Shown here in pieces: positions 53,216 to 64,000 of a stretch of 64,000 bases of DNA. Under the pieces are notes generated by a model. It saw nothing but the letters and a program-made list of their open reading frames with translations. It was not told the origin of the DNA and ran no database searches. How positions within the stretch are numbered: the stretch's first letter is position 1; each line of letters starts with the position of its first letter. The DNA is from Vicugna vicugna. Lineage: Eukaryota. The stretch is taken from NCBI GenBank assembly GCA_013265495.1, contig MU058667.1, forward strand, positions 186,001 to 250,000, written 5' to 3'. The position numbers and the translations under genes were made by a program.

Positions 53216-54699
53216 TTCAGAAACTCTAATTTATTAGATTGTAGCCTAGGAAACTTACGATATTTTCCCTTTCAAGCAGGTAGGATATAGCTTTAAAAAG
53301 TAAGCATATGGGGAAAATGGGTAACATCCTGAAAAGGAGAGAAGAAATAAGTATGGAAAAGGATCTGGAGAGAAAGGTTAAGGCCTGGAGAGTATTTGTA
53401 ATAAGCAAGGTATATACAGAGAAGTCTCAAACCTGTCTCTGATGAGGTGGGGAGAAATGGGTTTTGATTGCAGAACAGAAAGTTTGAGATGACTGTAGCC
53501 ATTGGTCATTGTTTCAAGATGACAGAACATTAAAAGAGGCTTCACAGAGATTGTGGGTTTGCTATCTTGCTCATTTTAAAAAAGTTATTTTTCTTAATAG
53601 CTGCCAATCTGGATGCTGTATACTGAACTGCCAGAGACAGAAGACTGGTCTGAGTAATATCTTGATATTTTTCCTCCAGTTTTCTATTTCCATGAATTAA
53701 AAGAACATTTTATATTTTGGCAGGTGCTTAGGAAATTTAGAATTCATGCCAGAATTGCATTATAAAACATTGAGCTTCAGAATTTGTATTTTATTCTTGC
53801 TGGAATATTTTGTCTTTGTCACTAAATCTACAGTAAATGACTCATCATGTTTTATACTGTGGCATTATTTCATACTCTTGGTGAACAAACAGTTTATTTT
53901 GAAAATTCTGGTGCAAAGAAGGCCAGGGGCCAAAGTGAGGTTTTAAAAATATCAGATCACAATGTTTAAGCATGATGGCCTCATCTATACCAACTCTATA
54001 TGCACCTTTCTGTACTGAGATAATTATCTTTCAAATGCCCTTACTTTCCTTATAATAGTAACTCTGCGTTTGATTTAAATACAGAAATAAATGTGCCATA
54101 ATTTTGTCCTTAAACAAAACTAATAGTATCTGGACAATATCTGGCTAACTATGGAACACTTAGGTTTTATTTTTCAAAAATTGGAAGGGTTCTTAAGATA
54201 ACATCAGTTTGTTTTGACCCTGATAGGAAGAGGTTTAGGCCAGGAAAGCAATTATTTCCACATGGGTAAAGGCCAGTTCCTACTACCTCCCCTCCAGCAA
54301 CCGCCTACTGAACTTAAACTTGCCTACTTTGGTTATATAGCTAAATGTGACTGAATGCATTAGAAAATGCAGGCTCTTTTTTGAAATCTTTAGATATACA
54401 GAAAATGTTTCTTCATATAAAGCATACCAAAGGAGTTTGTGTGTAGTCTTGGGGTGAGTTCAGTAGAAAGTAATTTAAACTTTATGAATTTTCAAAGAAA
54501 TTTAAAATTTTACACATACACGTGTCCAAATAGAAGTTTTATCATTTTGTTTGTATATCTTTTTTCTTTCTTTGTTGATTCTTGGTTGTGTTCTCTATAG
54601 ATGAGTTTGCTCTCTAGAGACAACTCTATTGTTTGTGGTGGTTCACTAGGGATGTGGCAGATCAGAAAAGAGAGGATTTATGTTAAATGATGTGGTGAG

Positions 54700-54848
54700 T
54701 CTTTCTGGTGATGAGTCCTGATCCTAAAGCTATGAATCACCTCATTAGCATAGCAGACAGTCCTTTCACTCAGGAAATTCCAAGGATTTTTGAAGCTATA
54801 TATTGGCAAGTAGGAACAAATCCCAGATATATTCTTTATTATAGCACA
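54700..54848. mobile_element. LTR terminus, MER21-like
   Basis: cacctcattagcat...cactcaggaaattccaaggattttt...atattctttattatagcaca. Confidence 0.5.
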
Positions 54849-54849
54849 A

Positions 54850-55895
54850 TCTATAGATTTGCTTTTTCTGAAAATTTCATATACATGGAATTATGCAATG
54901 TACATTCTTCATGTCTGACTTCTTTCATTTAGCATGTTTTTGAAATTCATCCATATCAGTTTTTCCTTTTCATGATTGAATAGTATTCCATTATATGGAT
55001 ACTATTTTGTTCATCTGTTAACCAGTTAATGAACATTTGGATTGTTTCCAGTTTTTGGTTATTATGAATAATATTTCTGTGAGCATTTACATAGAGGCCT
55101 TTGTATTGACATATGTTTTAATGTCTCTTGGGTTGATACCTAAGAGTGGAATTGCTATGTCATTTGAGTAACTTTTTAAGAAAAGGTGGCTGTACCATTT
55201 TACATTCCCAGTGGCAATGGACAGGAGGTCCAGTGTGTCAGCATCTTTGCCAACATTTGGTATTATCAATCTTTTTGATAATAGCCATTCTTAGCCGTTC
55301 TATAAATATGTGGCAATATCTCACTGCGGTTGTAATTAGCATTTCCCTAATGACTAATGATGTTGGGTATCTTTTCATGTGCTTATTAGTCTTTTGTGTA
55401 TCTTTGATGAAATGTCTATTAAAATCTTTTGCCCAGTTTTTTATTGAGTTTGTTTCTCATTATTGAGTTGTAGGAGGTGATTTTTTTAAAAAAAATTCTG
55501 GATACAAATCTCTCACTAAGTATATGATTTGACCTTTTTTTTCCCCCTGTCTCTGGCCTATTTTCTGTGTAGTGCTCCTTTGATGAAGTTTAGTTTGTTC
55601 TCTTTTTTTTGATATCATATCCAAGAAATCTTTCCTAACCTAGTCCAGGGTCATGACGATTTTCTCCTATGTTTTCTTCTAGAAGTTTTACAGTTTTTGG
55701 TTTGATGTTTAAATCTGTGATCCATTTTGAGGTGGTATTTGCATACTGTGTGAGGCAAAGTTTCATCTATTTATTTTGCATTTGGATATCCAATTGTCCC
55801 AGCAGCATTTGTTGAAAGAACTCTTCTTTGCCTTTTGAATTGCTTTGACACCTTTGTCACATATCCGTTGACTATAAATGTTGGAGTTTTATTTA
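54850..55895 (-). mobile_element. Old L1 3'UTR and ORF2 C-terminus
   Basis: gaatagtattccattatatggat...ggctgtaccattttacattccca...gcatttccctaatgactaatgatgttg...tatccaattgtcccagcagcatttgttgaaa. Confidence 0.8.
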
Positions 55896-55911
55896 TCTGG
55901 AAATTTTGTGG

Positions 55912-57800
55912 TTCTGGTTCTGCTAAGATGGAGGGAGCACAGTCTGTCTTTCCTGCTGATTATGACTAAAAACTCTGAACTAAATACATAAAGCAACCAT
56001 CTGAGAGCCCTAAAGAGTAAATAATCACAGGAGGTTTAGGGAAGGAGGTCAAAACTGGAAGTGTGACTGATAGCAGTGAGTTTCCTGTTCCCTCCCAGCC
56101 ACCATCCTTTATCTCCTGGCTTGTACTCTAGGGAATTCCTTATTCTTGATCCCCACAATGGATCCAGATGGAAAAAGCTGTAAGAGAAACCCCCCTCTTC
56201 CTCTGTTTGTGGTCAGAGAACTGGAAAGGAGGGCTCCTGCATAGAGAAGACTGCTCAGGAAAGCCCCATTTTCTTTTTGTTTTGTATTTTGGTTCTTCTG
56301 GTGGGACTGCAGGCAGGCCCCAGTCATGAGGCTGTACTCCAGCAGTGGTGGCACTACTGGCAGTGGCACTGTGCAGCCATTTAAAACCTCGAAAGATAAT
56401 CTTCCTCTATGACCAGAGAAACTGGAAAAAGAGGCTCCTGTAGCCCCTCCAAAGAGTGTGGAGAGAATACTTGTTACTTTTTGCTTCCTTTTTTTTTTCT
56501 TGCCCCTTCACCCTTCAGGCAGATATAATTGCAGGAAATATGCAACCATATGGCGAACCAAAAAACCGAGTATAGGCAGAGGATGGAAAAAAGGGACCTG
56601 GGAGACAGACTGTGGGGAGAATCATGGAGAGGCAGGAGGTGGAGAAAAACACAACTTCAATCTGTGTAATAAAGTCTGAAACTCAGCCCTGAGCTGAACA
56701 TGGGTGGAACTTATCTGGGGAAGCATAATAAAGGCTTTGAGAACTGAACTATAGCATAGACCACTGCCGTTTGGTGGCACACATGAGGAGAAACCGAATA
56801 ACACTGAAAATACTTGGGAAACTGAAAATGATATTGAAACCACAGCCCACAGATGGTGGGTTGGGACTTGTGGTTGGAACCTAACAGGGTTGACTGCCTA
56901 CAACAAAAACAGAAACAAAAACAACAACAACACATCGCATCTGCAGAGGACCAAGAGTCTTTAACATGACTAAGAATGACATAATGCAAGTCTCTAGAAT
57001 ACAATCCAAAAGTATCTGACATATCAAGAACTAGAAAAATCATAACCATTTGTAGAGTAAACATCAGTCAACAGCTACTAACTCTGTGATGACCTTGATG
57101 TTGGAATTATAATAAAAAGTTCTCAGAGCAGCTATTACAACCCTGCAAACACTTTTGAAATAAAAGGAGAGATTGAAGCTCTCCGCCAAGGAAAAGAAAC
57201 CCCCAAAAGAACCAAATTGAAATGGAAATAACCCAGATATTAATATTAAATGTCAACTAAAAACTCAGATGATTCAATAGCAGGATGGAGAAAATAGAAG
57301 AGAGGAAAGTGAAGTTGAAGAAAACTCAGTAGTAATTGTACAATTTGAATATGGAGAGAAAGACTGAAAAATGAACAGAGCTTAAGGACCTGAAGGATAA
57401 TAGCAAAGGTCCAACATTTGTGTCATAAGTGTCCTAGAAGAGAAAACAGAGATTTGTGCAGAAAAAATACTTGAAGAAAGAATGGCTGACAACTTCCAAA
57501 TTTGGTGAAGCACATACATTTACACATTCATAAAGCTCAGTGGACCCCTACAAGTCCAAATATTGTATGATTCCATTGATATGATATTCTGTGAAAGCCA
57601 AAACTACCGGGGATGAGAGAACAGATCAGTGGTTGTCAGAGACTGAAGGTAGAGGAGGGGTTGATTACAAAAGGACAAAACAAGGGACTGTTTTTGGTAA
57701 TGGAACTGTTCTGTATCATGATACTGGGTGCACAACTCTGTGCATTTTTTCAAAACCCATCACAGTGTGAATTTTATTGTATGTAAATTAAAAGATGAAA
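55912..57800 (+). mobile_element. Old L1 5'UTR and ORF1 remnant, abutting an L1 3'-end fragment (57555-57800)
   Basis: ttctggttctgctaagatgg start; repeated cagaga(a)actggaaa..ggctcctg units; gaagaaagaatggctgacaacttccaaatttggtgaa; then tattgtatgattccatt...cagatcagtggttgtcag...gtgaattttattgtatgtaaatt. Confidence 0.7.
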
Positions 57801-57889
57801 AGGTAGTGGTTAAAACAGCAACAAAAAAAGTATATTGGAAGACAGTATCATTACTGTTGAAGATTAAAGAGCATGATTAAGGAGGCTAG

Positions 57890-59350
57890 TTCTGCAGGTT
57901 ATTTTTTTCCTTTGGCTTCTTTCAGGATTTTTTCCCTTATGTTTGATTTTCTCTAGTTTGAACATGATATGCCTACGTGTAGGTTTTTTGTTTGTTTGTT
58001 TGTTTTGGCATTTATCTTGTCTAGTTTTCTCTGTGCTTGCTGAATCTGTTGTTTGCTGTCTGATATTAATTTGGGGAAAGTCTCAGTCATTGTTGCAAAT
58101 ATTTCCTCTGTTCCTTTCTTTATCCTTCTGCTGTCCCCATTGCATGTATGCTACACCTTCTGTAGTTCTCCACAATCCTCGAATATTCTGTTCTGTTTTT
58201 TTCAGTCTTCTCTCTGCTTTTCAGTTTTGGAAGTTCCTATTGATATATCCTCTAGCTCAGAGATTCCATCCTCAGCCATGTCCTGCCTGCTAATAATCCC
58301 ATCAAAGGCATTCTTCATTTCTGTTACAGTGGGGCTTATTTGTTTGTTTGTTATTATCTTCAGCATTTCTTTTTGGCTTTTTCTTAGGATTTTACCTCTC
58401 TGCTTACAATGCCCACCTGTTTTTGCATGCTGGCTAGTTTGTCCATTAGAGCCCTTAGCATATTAATCATAGTTGTTTTAAATTACTGTAATTCAAACAT
58501 CTTTGCTGTGTCTGGTTCAGATGCTTGCTTTGTCTCTTCAAATGGTGGGGTTTTTTTTGTTTGTTTGTTGATTTGTTTGCCTTTTAGTGAGACATGGTGT
58601 GCTGATTAAAAGGAACCTCTGTAAAGAGAATTTTAGTGATGTGGTGATGAGGTAGGAGGGGAAGGGAAGCAGTCTGCAGTCCAGATTTGGTCTCAGTCTT
58701 TTAGTGAGCCTTTGTCGCTGGACTGGTAACTTCGCAAGTGTTTCCCATTTGTTTTCAGCCCCCTCAGGTGGGACAGGATGGCTACAGTGGGCTGGAGTTG
58801 GGTCATTCTAGGCCAGTTAGGCTCTGATAATATCCCAGCAGGCTCTGCTCCGGTTAACTAGTTTCTCCTGAGGGCACGCCTTGTTAAGAACGCGGTGCTC
58901 TGGCTTTTCTCAAAATGGTTCCTTTCCTTTCCCTCTGCTTGGAAGCAGAAGAGGATTTTTCTCTGATGTTTATTGCGAGAACTTAGTCAAGCTCCTGGAG
59001 GTAAAACTCACGAAAATGTGAGGGTCCCCTTATGACTGGTGCCCCTGGAGGGTTTAACTCTCAGAGGCATCCACACTGAGCCTCCTACAGCTCAGCCAGT
59101 TACAGTTCAGGTTTTCCTGCTCCAGCACTGGTTCCTGTGGTTTCTACTGTGGATGTCTGCTGAGGTAAGCTGTTTTTTTTTTTTTATTTGCTAAGTCTCT
59201 TTCTTCAGTCTTGGGGGCAGTGGTTTGCCCTGTATTCTCACCTCTCTTATGGGTCTAAGACGACTTGCTGGTTTTTTGGTCTGTTCAGCTTTTTAATTGT
59301 TAGGTTGGGAAGGCAGATTCCAAGTTGCTTACATGTGGAAGTGGAAACTC
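57890..59350 (-). mobile_element. Old L1 ORF1 and 5'UTR remnant (L1MD-like)
   Basis: ctctagtttgaacatgatatgcctacgtgtagg...cctctagctcagagattccatcctcagcc...ttccaagttgcttacatgtggaagtggaaac. Confidence 0.7.
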
Positions 59351-60936
59351 TTAACTCTCCCAGATTCTTTTAAGAAAATTGAATTCTTGTACTCAGTATT
59401 TCTATATGATGTTGAAGTCTTCAATTCCTTTTCAACTAAGGTGCCAATTTTTATTTTAAAGAGAGGATTGGTAACATGGAGTGTCTTTGAAATAGGAGCC
59501 TTAATATCCTTAATGAAGCCCAGGAAAGAATTTGAAAAGCATTTGCCAAAAATAAAAACTCAGAACATAATTTTGAATATGTAATGATATTTAACAGTAT
59601 TAATATGGAGACTGTTTTATTTTTTCCATGCAAACTTTTAGTTTACATGTCAAAATGAAAAATGTATGTCTTGTATTTCCTGTTAGTATTTACAGTGTAC
59701 ATTTTGTGACCTACATGCTATTTCTTCTTCTTTTTTTTAAAATTCTGTATTCAAATTCGGAGGAGGAAGATAAACAAAACTGCTTTCTTGTACGTGTGTT
59801 TAAGTTACGGTTTCGTGTTCATTTATTAAACCTGTGATACTGGGTAGAGGTTCTAATTGGTGAGGCTGAAAACCAGGTGAATTGGATGGAGGACTATAGA
59901 CTCAAATTAGAATTCCCAGTTAGTGACCGTTTAGCTCCAGATCTTCTAGCTCTGACAGCTATCTTAAAGCATTGTTTATCCTGCACTTTAAAAATATTAA
60001 TTCTTGTCTTAAGCGCTGTCTTTAGCTTTAGTTTCCATGAGTTTTGTGAAGACTATTTTGGCAATTATATTTAGTATTTTTTCTCAACTAGTGTGTTATA
60101 TTTTCACCTAAACTGTAAGTAGAAGAAAACCTTTGAAAAGAAAGTCAAGTTATGTACTAGGTATGCAGTTTTTTCTGTAGTTTTCTTAAACATGGTTTAT
60201 TACTAAGGCACAAATACAAATTAACATTTTAAATAAATCAAACTTGGTAAGACCAGTTTCTCCCAGAGAATTACAGTAAAACCATATGAAGGTGTTTTCC
60301 TTTTCTCGTATTCCCTGGGCTACGCAACATTATGGGGAAGGAAACACCCGGACTTTGCAGCCTATGACAACCCCTTCTTGTCACCACCACTGCCAGAGAA
60401 AAAAGGAATCAAGCTGCGTGCTTACCTCACAGAATGCTAAAAAGCAGATGGAAATAGCTGGCTGTACCATGCCAAAAGAGAACGTACGATTCAAAAGCAA
60501 GTAAATATTTGTTGAAAACAGACTCTGTCCCCTTCCCCATTTCTTCCACTTCTCGTATTCATTCTACTTTTTCCTCACGTGAGACTCATTTCAGTTGTTA
60601 CCTCCTCTGCGAAGCAAGCTTTGCTATCCCCAGCTGGAAGTCATTTTTCCTTTTTCTGCAGTATCACAGCAGAGCATTCCCACTCCCTAAAAGCCTTCAG
60701 TATTTCCGGCATTTACGTTCGTTATTTAGTTACTTGCCCTCTGTCTCCTGCTAGATTTTAAGCTCTTTAAGGATGGTTTTGTGTGTGATTTTTCCCTTGC
60801 ATTCTGGATAGCAGTTGGTACAGAATTCCAATTTGTGTTCAGTGAGTTGAGGAAGACAAATTGAGAGTAAATTAAGAGGAGAAAACTAAAAATGAAAGTC
60901 CTCTCTTGTATGTATGTTTATTTAGGTTTCAGTTTC

Positions 60937-61039
60937 TTTTTCTTTTTAAATTGAAGTACTGTCAATTACAGTGTGTCAATTTCTGGTGTACAGCATCATG
61001 TCCCAGTCATGCATATACATGCATATATTCATTTTCATG
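60937..61039 (-). mobile_element. Ultra-short (~100 bp) L1 3'-end insertion with perfect TSD
   Basis: tttttaaattgaagtactgtcaattacagtgtgtcaatttctggtgtacagcatcatgtcccagtcatgcatatac; TSD TTTAGGTTTCAGTTTC at 60921-60936 and 61040-61055. Confidence 0.85.
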
Positions 61040-62744
61040 TTTAGGTTTCAGTTTCCTGTTCACTGCTTGGATTTGTGATGTTAGATGGAAGGCCGTTGAG
61101 TATAGTCTGTAATAATCACAAATGCCTGTTTTGATGTAATGATTAAAATAATACCACCATAACCCACATGCTGTGAACTGTAGGTGATGAGAAATATTGT
61201 CTGTGGGCAGGAATTTGAACCTCCTTAATTTTCCAACGCCTAGGGCTATGACATACGTAATTTCTATTTGCTATTCTATTTTTGCTGGGTTTTTTTAAAA
61301 TTATTGAAACAACTGATTTGAATGTTAATATAATGGGAATGTCTGAAGGTACTTTGTACCAGTTACTACTTTGATTATTTTACTCAGTGAAGATTAGATT
61401 TGCTTTAGGAAATATATTTTCTTTAGAAGATTGTATTTTTAGACTGTGTTCTAGACAGAGGGAACGTAATAATAAATGGCATAGTCCCTCCTCTCACAGA
61501 TCTCGCTTTTTGAAGTATTGATTCATTTGGGTTAAAAAATTTTTTTTCTCTTGAATTCTTATTAAATATTATAAACGTCATTTTTTTTTTTGGTTAGTTT
61601 ACTTTCATAGAGAATGTAAGTAAAATTAATATTTGGTTCCACTATGGTATTTGTTGGAAATTTTCTCTTTGACATGCACATGATATGCTAGAGTTTAATT
61701 ACTTTTAATTCTGATAGAACATTGTTCTATAGAGTTGAGGTTAAGGAAGGGCAAGGAAGAAAAGCTATTGCTTGAAGCTAAAATCTCTATTGTATCTGAA
61801 TTGTAGGCTGTCTGAATGACTGATGTTTCTTTTCAACTGGCACGATTCAGTCATCATTAAAATTTGTTTCCTGTATAGTCTATAATAAAGTTAAAGGCAA
61901 GTAAAATTTAGCTCTTAATGTTTTTAATTCCAGAGCACTTTTTTTTAAAAAGGGCATTACAGTTAAATCATCTGATGTCTTTCTGAACTCTGGAATTTCT
62001 TTGAATTCTGCCTGCCAGACCCAGTCAAGTTCTGACTTTCTTTGCAGACCCTTCACTCCAGAACAGTAGTGTTCAAATTGTCCCTCACTTTCTCACTGCT
62101 TTTGCCCAAGAATCAGCCTCTGATCCCCTCTGCTCAAAGTAATAGACTATGCCTTTAAATGTTGCTCTTTGAAAAATGCACAGTGAGAAGTTAATCTGTA
62201 CTTCTGCTTGACAGAATCACTTTTAGGTAAGAATTTCATAGAAGTGTCTGGTTACTTTAGGTCTTTAAAAACAGTAGTGATAAAGAGTGATTTTTAGAAA
62301 ATTGTTTAGTCCATGTAGTAAATGGAGTTTCTAATGCTAAGTATGTTTCAGAAACTGTGCACATGACAGATTGTGTTATAGTTAAACATATTTCTTAGCA
62401 CTAGTTAGATGCTCTCTTTTTACCTTTAAATATTCTTCTATTGCATAAGGGGCTTTTACCTATAATGAAGTTATCTTTATTCTGTATGTGTTGCCTTCTA
62501 TCCTGACTGAATGTCTCTAGCTTCTAGCCAAATGTCTGGAATGTGGCATATGCTTAATAAAAGGTGATTGTTAAACACTCTTATGAAGAAACATTGATTT
62601 GTAAGATTTTAAAATGCCCAAGAGATAAGTATTAATAGATATTCGTTTACCTCTCTTTAATGAAAACTCAGTGGCAAACATGCTCTTTGTTAAATAAAAA
62701 ATTTAGGGTGCCATTTATTACAATACAAAAGGATTTTTCTGACA

Positions 62745-63450
62745 ATTTCTTTTTACTATGGAAAATTTCAAATTTACATAAAAAGTAGTCATCTTCCAGC
62801 TTTAATAAATTAACAGTGGTTGCCAGTATCTTTAACCCATGCCCCCACCAACTTTCCTATTTTCTCACCTCAATAATTTTAAGGCAAATTTCAGACATTG
62901 TATCATTCAGTCTGTAAATACTTCAATGTATATCACTAAAAGATATAGACTCCCTTTTTAAAATATAAACACAATGTCATTTATCACACTTGAGTTTTTT
63001 CTTATTCATATATTTATATGAACATATATTTAATATATGTTAAATACAAACATATATTTAATCAGTGTTCATATCTCCCAGTCATCTTTGTCTTACTATT
63101 AAAGTAAAAATGCAAGTAACATTTCAATTGGTTAATAAATCTTTAATTTATTTTCATTGGCCGGCTCTCCTTCCATCCATCTCTCTCTGGTTCCCTAGAA
63201 ACTGCTCCAAAAATGAGTAATGAGGTTTCAAAAATTATTATTATAAAGTCATAGATGTAAACATATTTTGTGTGTTTGAACCCACTGTAGTTATCCTTCT
63301 TGATGGTTAGATTGTCCCTTCTTTGGCCAGTAGAAGCCTTTATGAGTTGGATCTTGAATCCTTTTGATATAACCCTAGTAGTGTTCTGATAAAATGATCA
63401 TCTTGTACATTTGCTGGCCCCAGCTGGAATCAGCCACTTCTCTAAGGAAC
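62745..63450 (-). mobile_element. Old L1 3'UTR fragments (L1MC4/5- or L1ME-like)
   Basis: ttactatggaaaatttcaaatttacataaaaagtag...ttttaaggcaaatttcagacatt...atcttgtacatttgctggccccagctggaatcagccacttctctaagga. Confidence 0.6.
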
Positions 63451-64000
63451 TATGACAGTTTTGACTCTATAGGATATTTGAAATTTGTCCACTATTGAAG
63501 TCAGTAGTCTGAGATTTAGTCCCCCCCCCCTTGGAATCTCTGTTACTTAGAAATAAAATTCATTTTTAAAGATGATTAAGTTTTTTCAATGTTAAGATTT
63601 GAATGATTAGCCTTACAATATTCATGTAGCTTTATGCATATAAACATTTCCATTTTGTAAGTAGGAAAACAAAGATTTATAAAGTTACGATTTTGTTTTG
63701 TTTGTGAAGCATTGTGAAACTCAGTAATTTGAGTCACTAAGTTTATGGTCCAGTATTTTTCACTCAGTGATATGTCACTTTTAGATTTAAAATTGATGTA
63801 GGAGTAAATAGAAAATTATTTTATAAAACAAGAGAGGGAAAAAGTTAAGCATTAAAAAAACCAGTGTTTAAAGATGATGTATTGGAAAATGTGGTTATTA
63901 CCATGTGGTTAGTATCATGGATACTTTTTTTTTTCATGGTTTATAATTAAATGAGTCCTAGCCAAAATAATAGTTTGACCAAGTGCTTGTATGATTAGTT

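Noticed and set aside
56200..56445. Spaced direct repeats (cagagaactggaaa..ggctcctg) that could suggest an array; similar units at 39976/40370
   Set aside because: Only two degenerate copies each, within old L1 5'UTRs, which carry repeated subunits. Not CRISPR-like.

Overview
Mammalian genomic DNA: AT-rich, CpG-depleted and roughly half interspersed repeats. It is probably from a camelid (camel/alpaca/llama), judged from two short tRNA-derived SINEs of the camelid Vic-1 type and the absence of Alu, B1, Bov-tA or Can-SINE. The window lies inside the TMEM135 gene (+ strand). It holds two short coding exons, 350-383 (RGLLTIYMANL) and 46991-47056 ([22 protein letters not shown]), which splice in frame across a ~46.6 kb intron; the rest is intron. 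Highlights: (1) a ~1.07 kb 5'-truncated retrocopy of the distal KRAS 3'UTR (43746-44958, antisense to TMEM135), with poly(A) signal, short tail and target-site duplication, later interrupted by a SINE; (2) a young 5'-truncated LINE-1 (30811-33870, - strand) with a perfect 17-bp TSD and ~931 uninterrupted ORF2 codons, nested in an older L1; (3) several tiny L1 3'-end insertions with TSDs, nested DNA-transposon/LTR relics, and one pre-miRNA-like hairpin. I found no evidence of a new multi-gene system. Gene and repeat-family identities come from my recall of sequences, not database searches. Old-repeat boundaries are approximate (about +/-50 bp or more).
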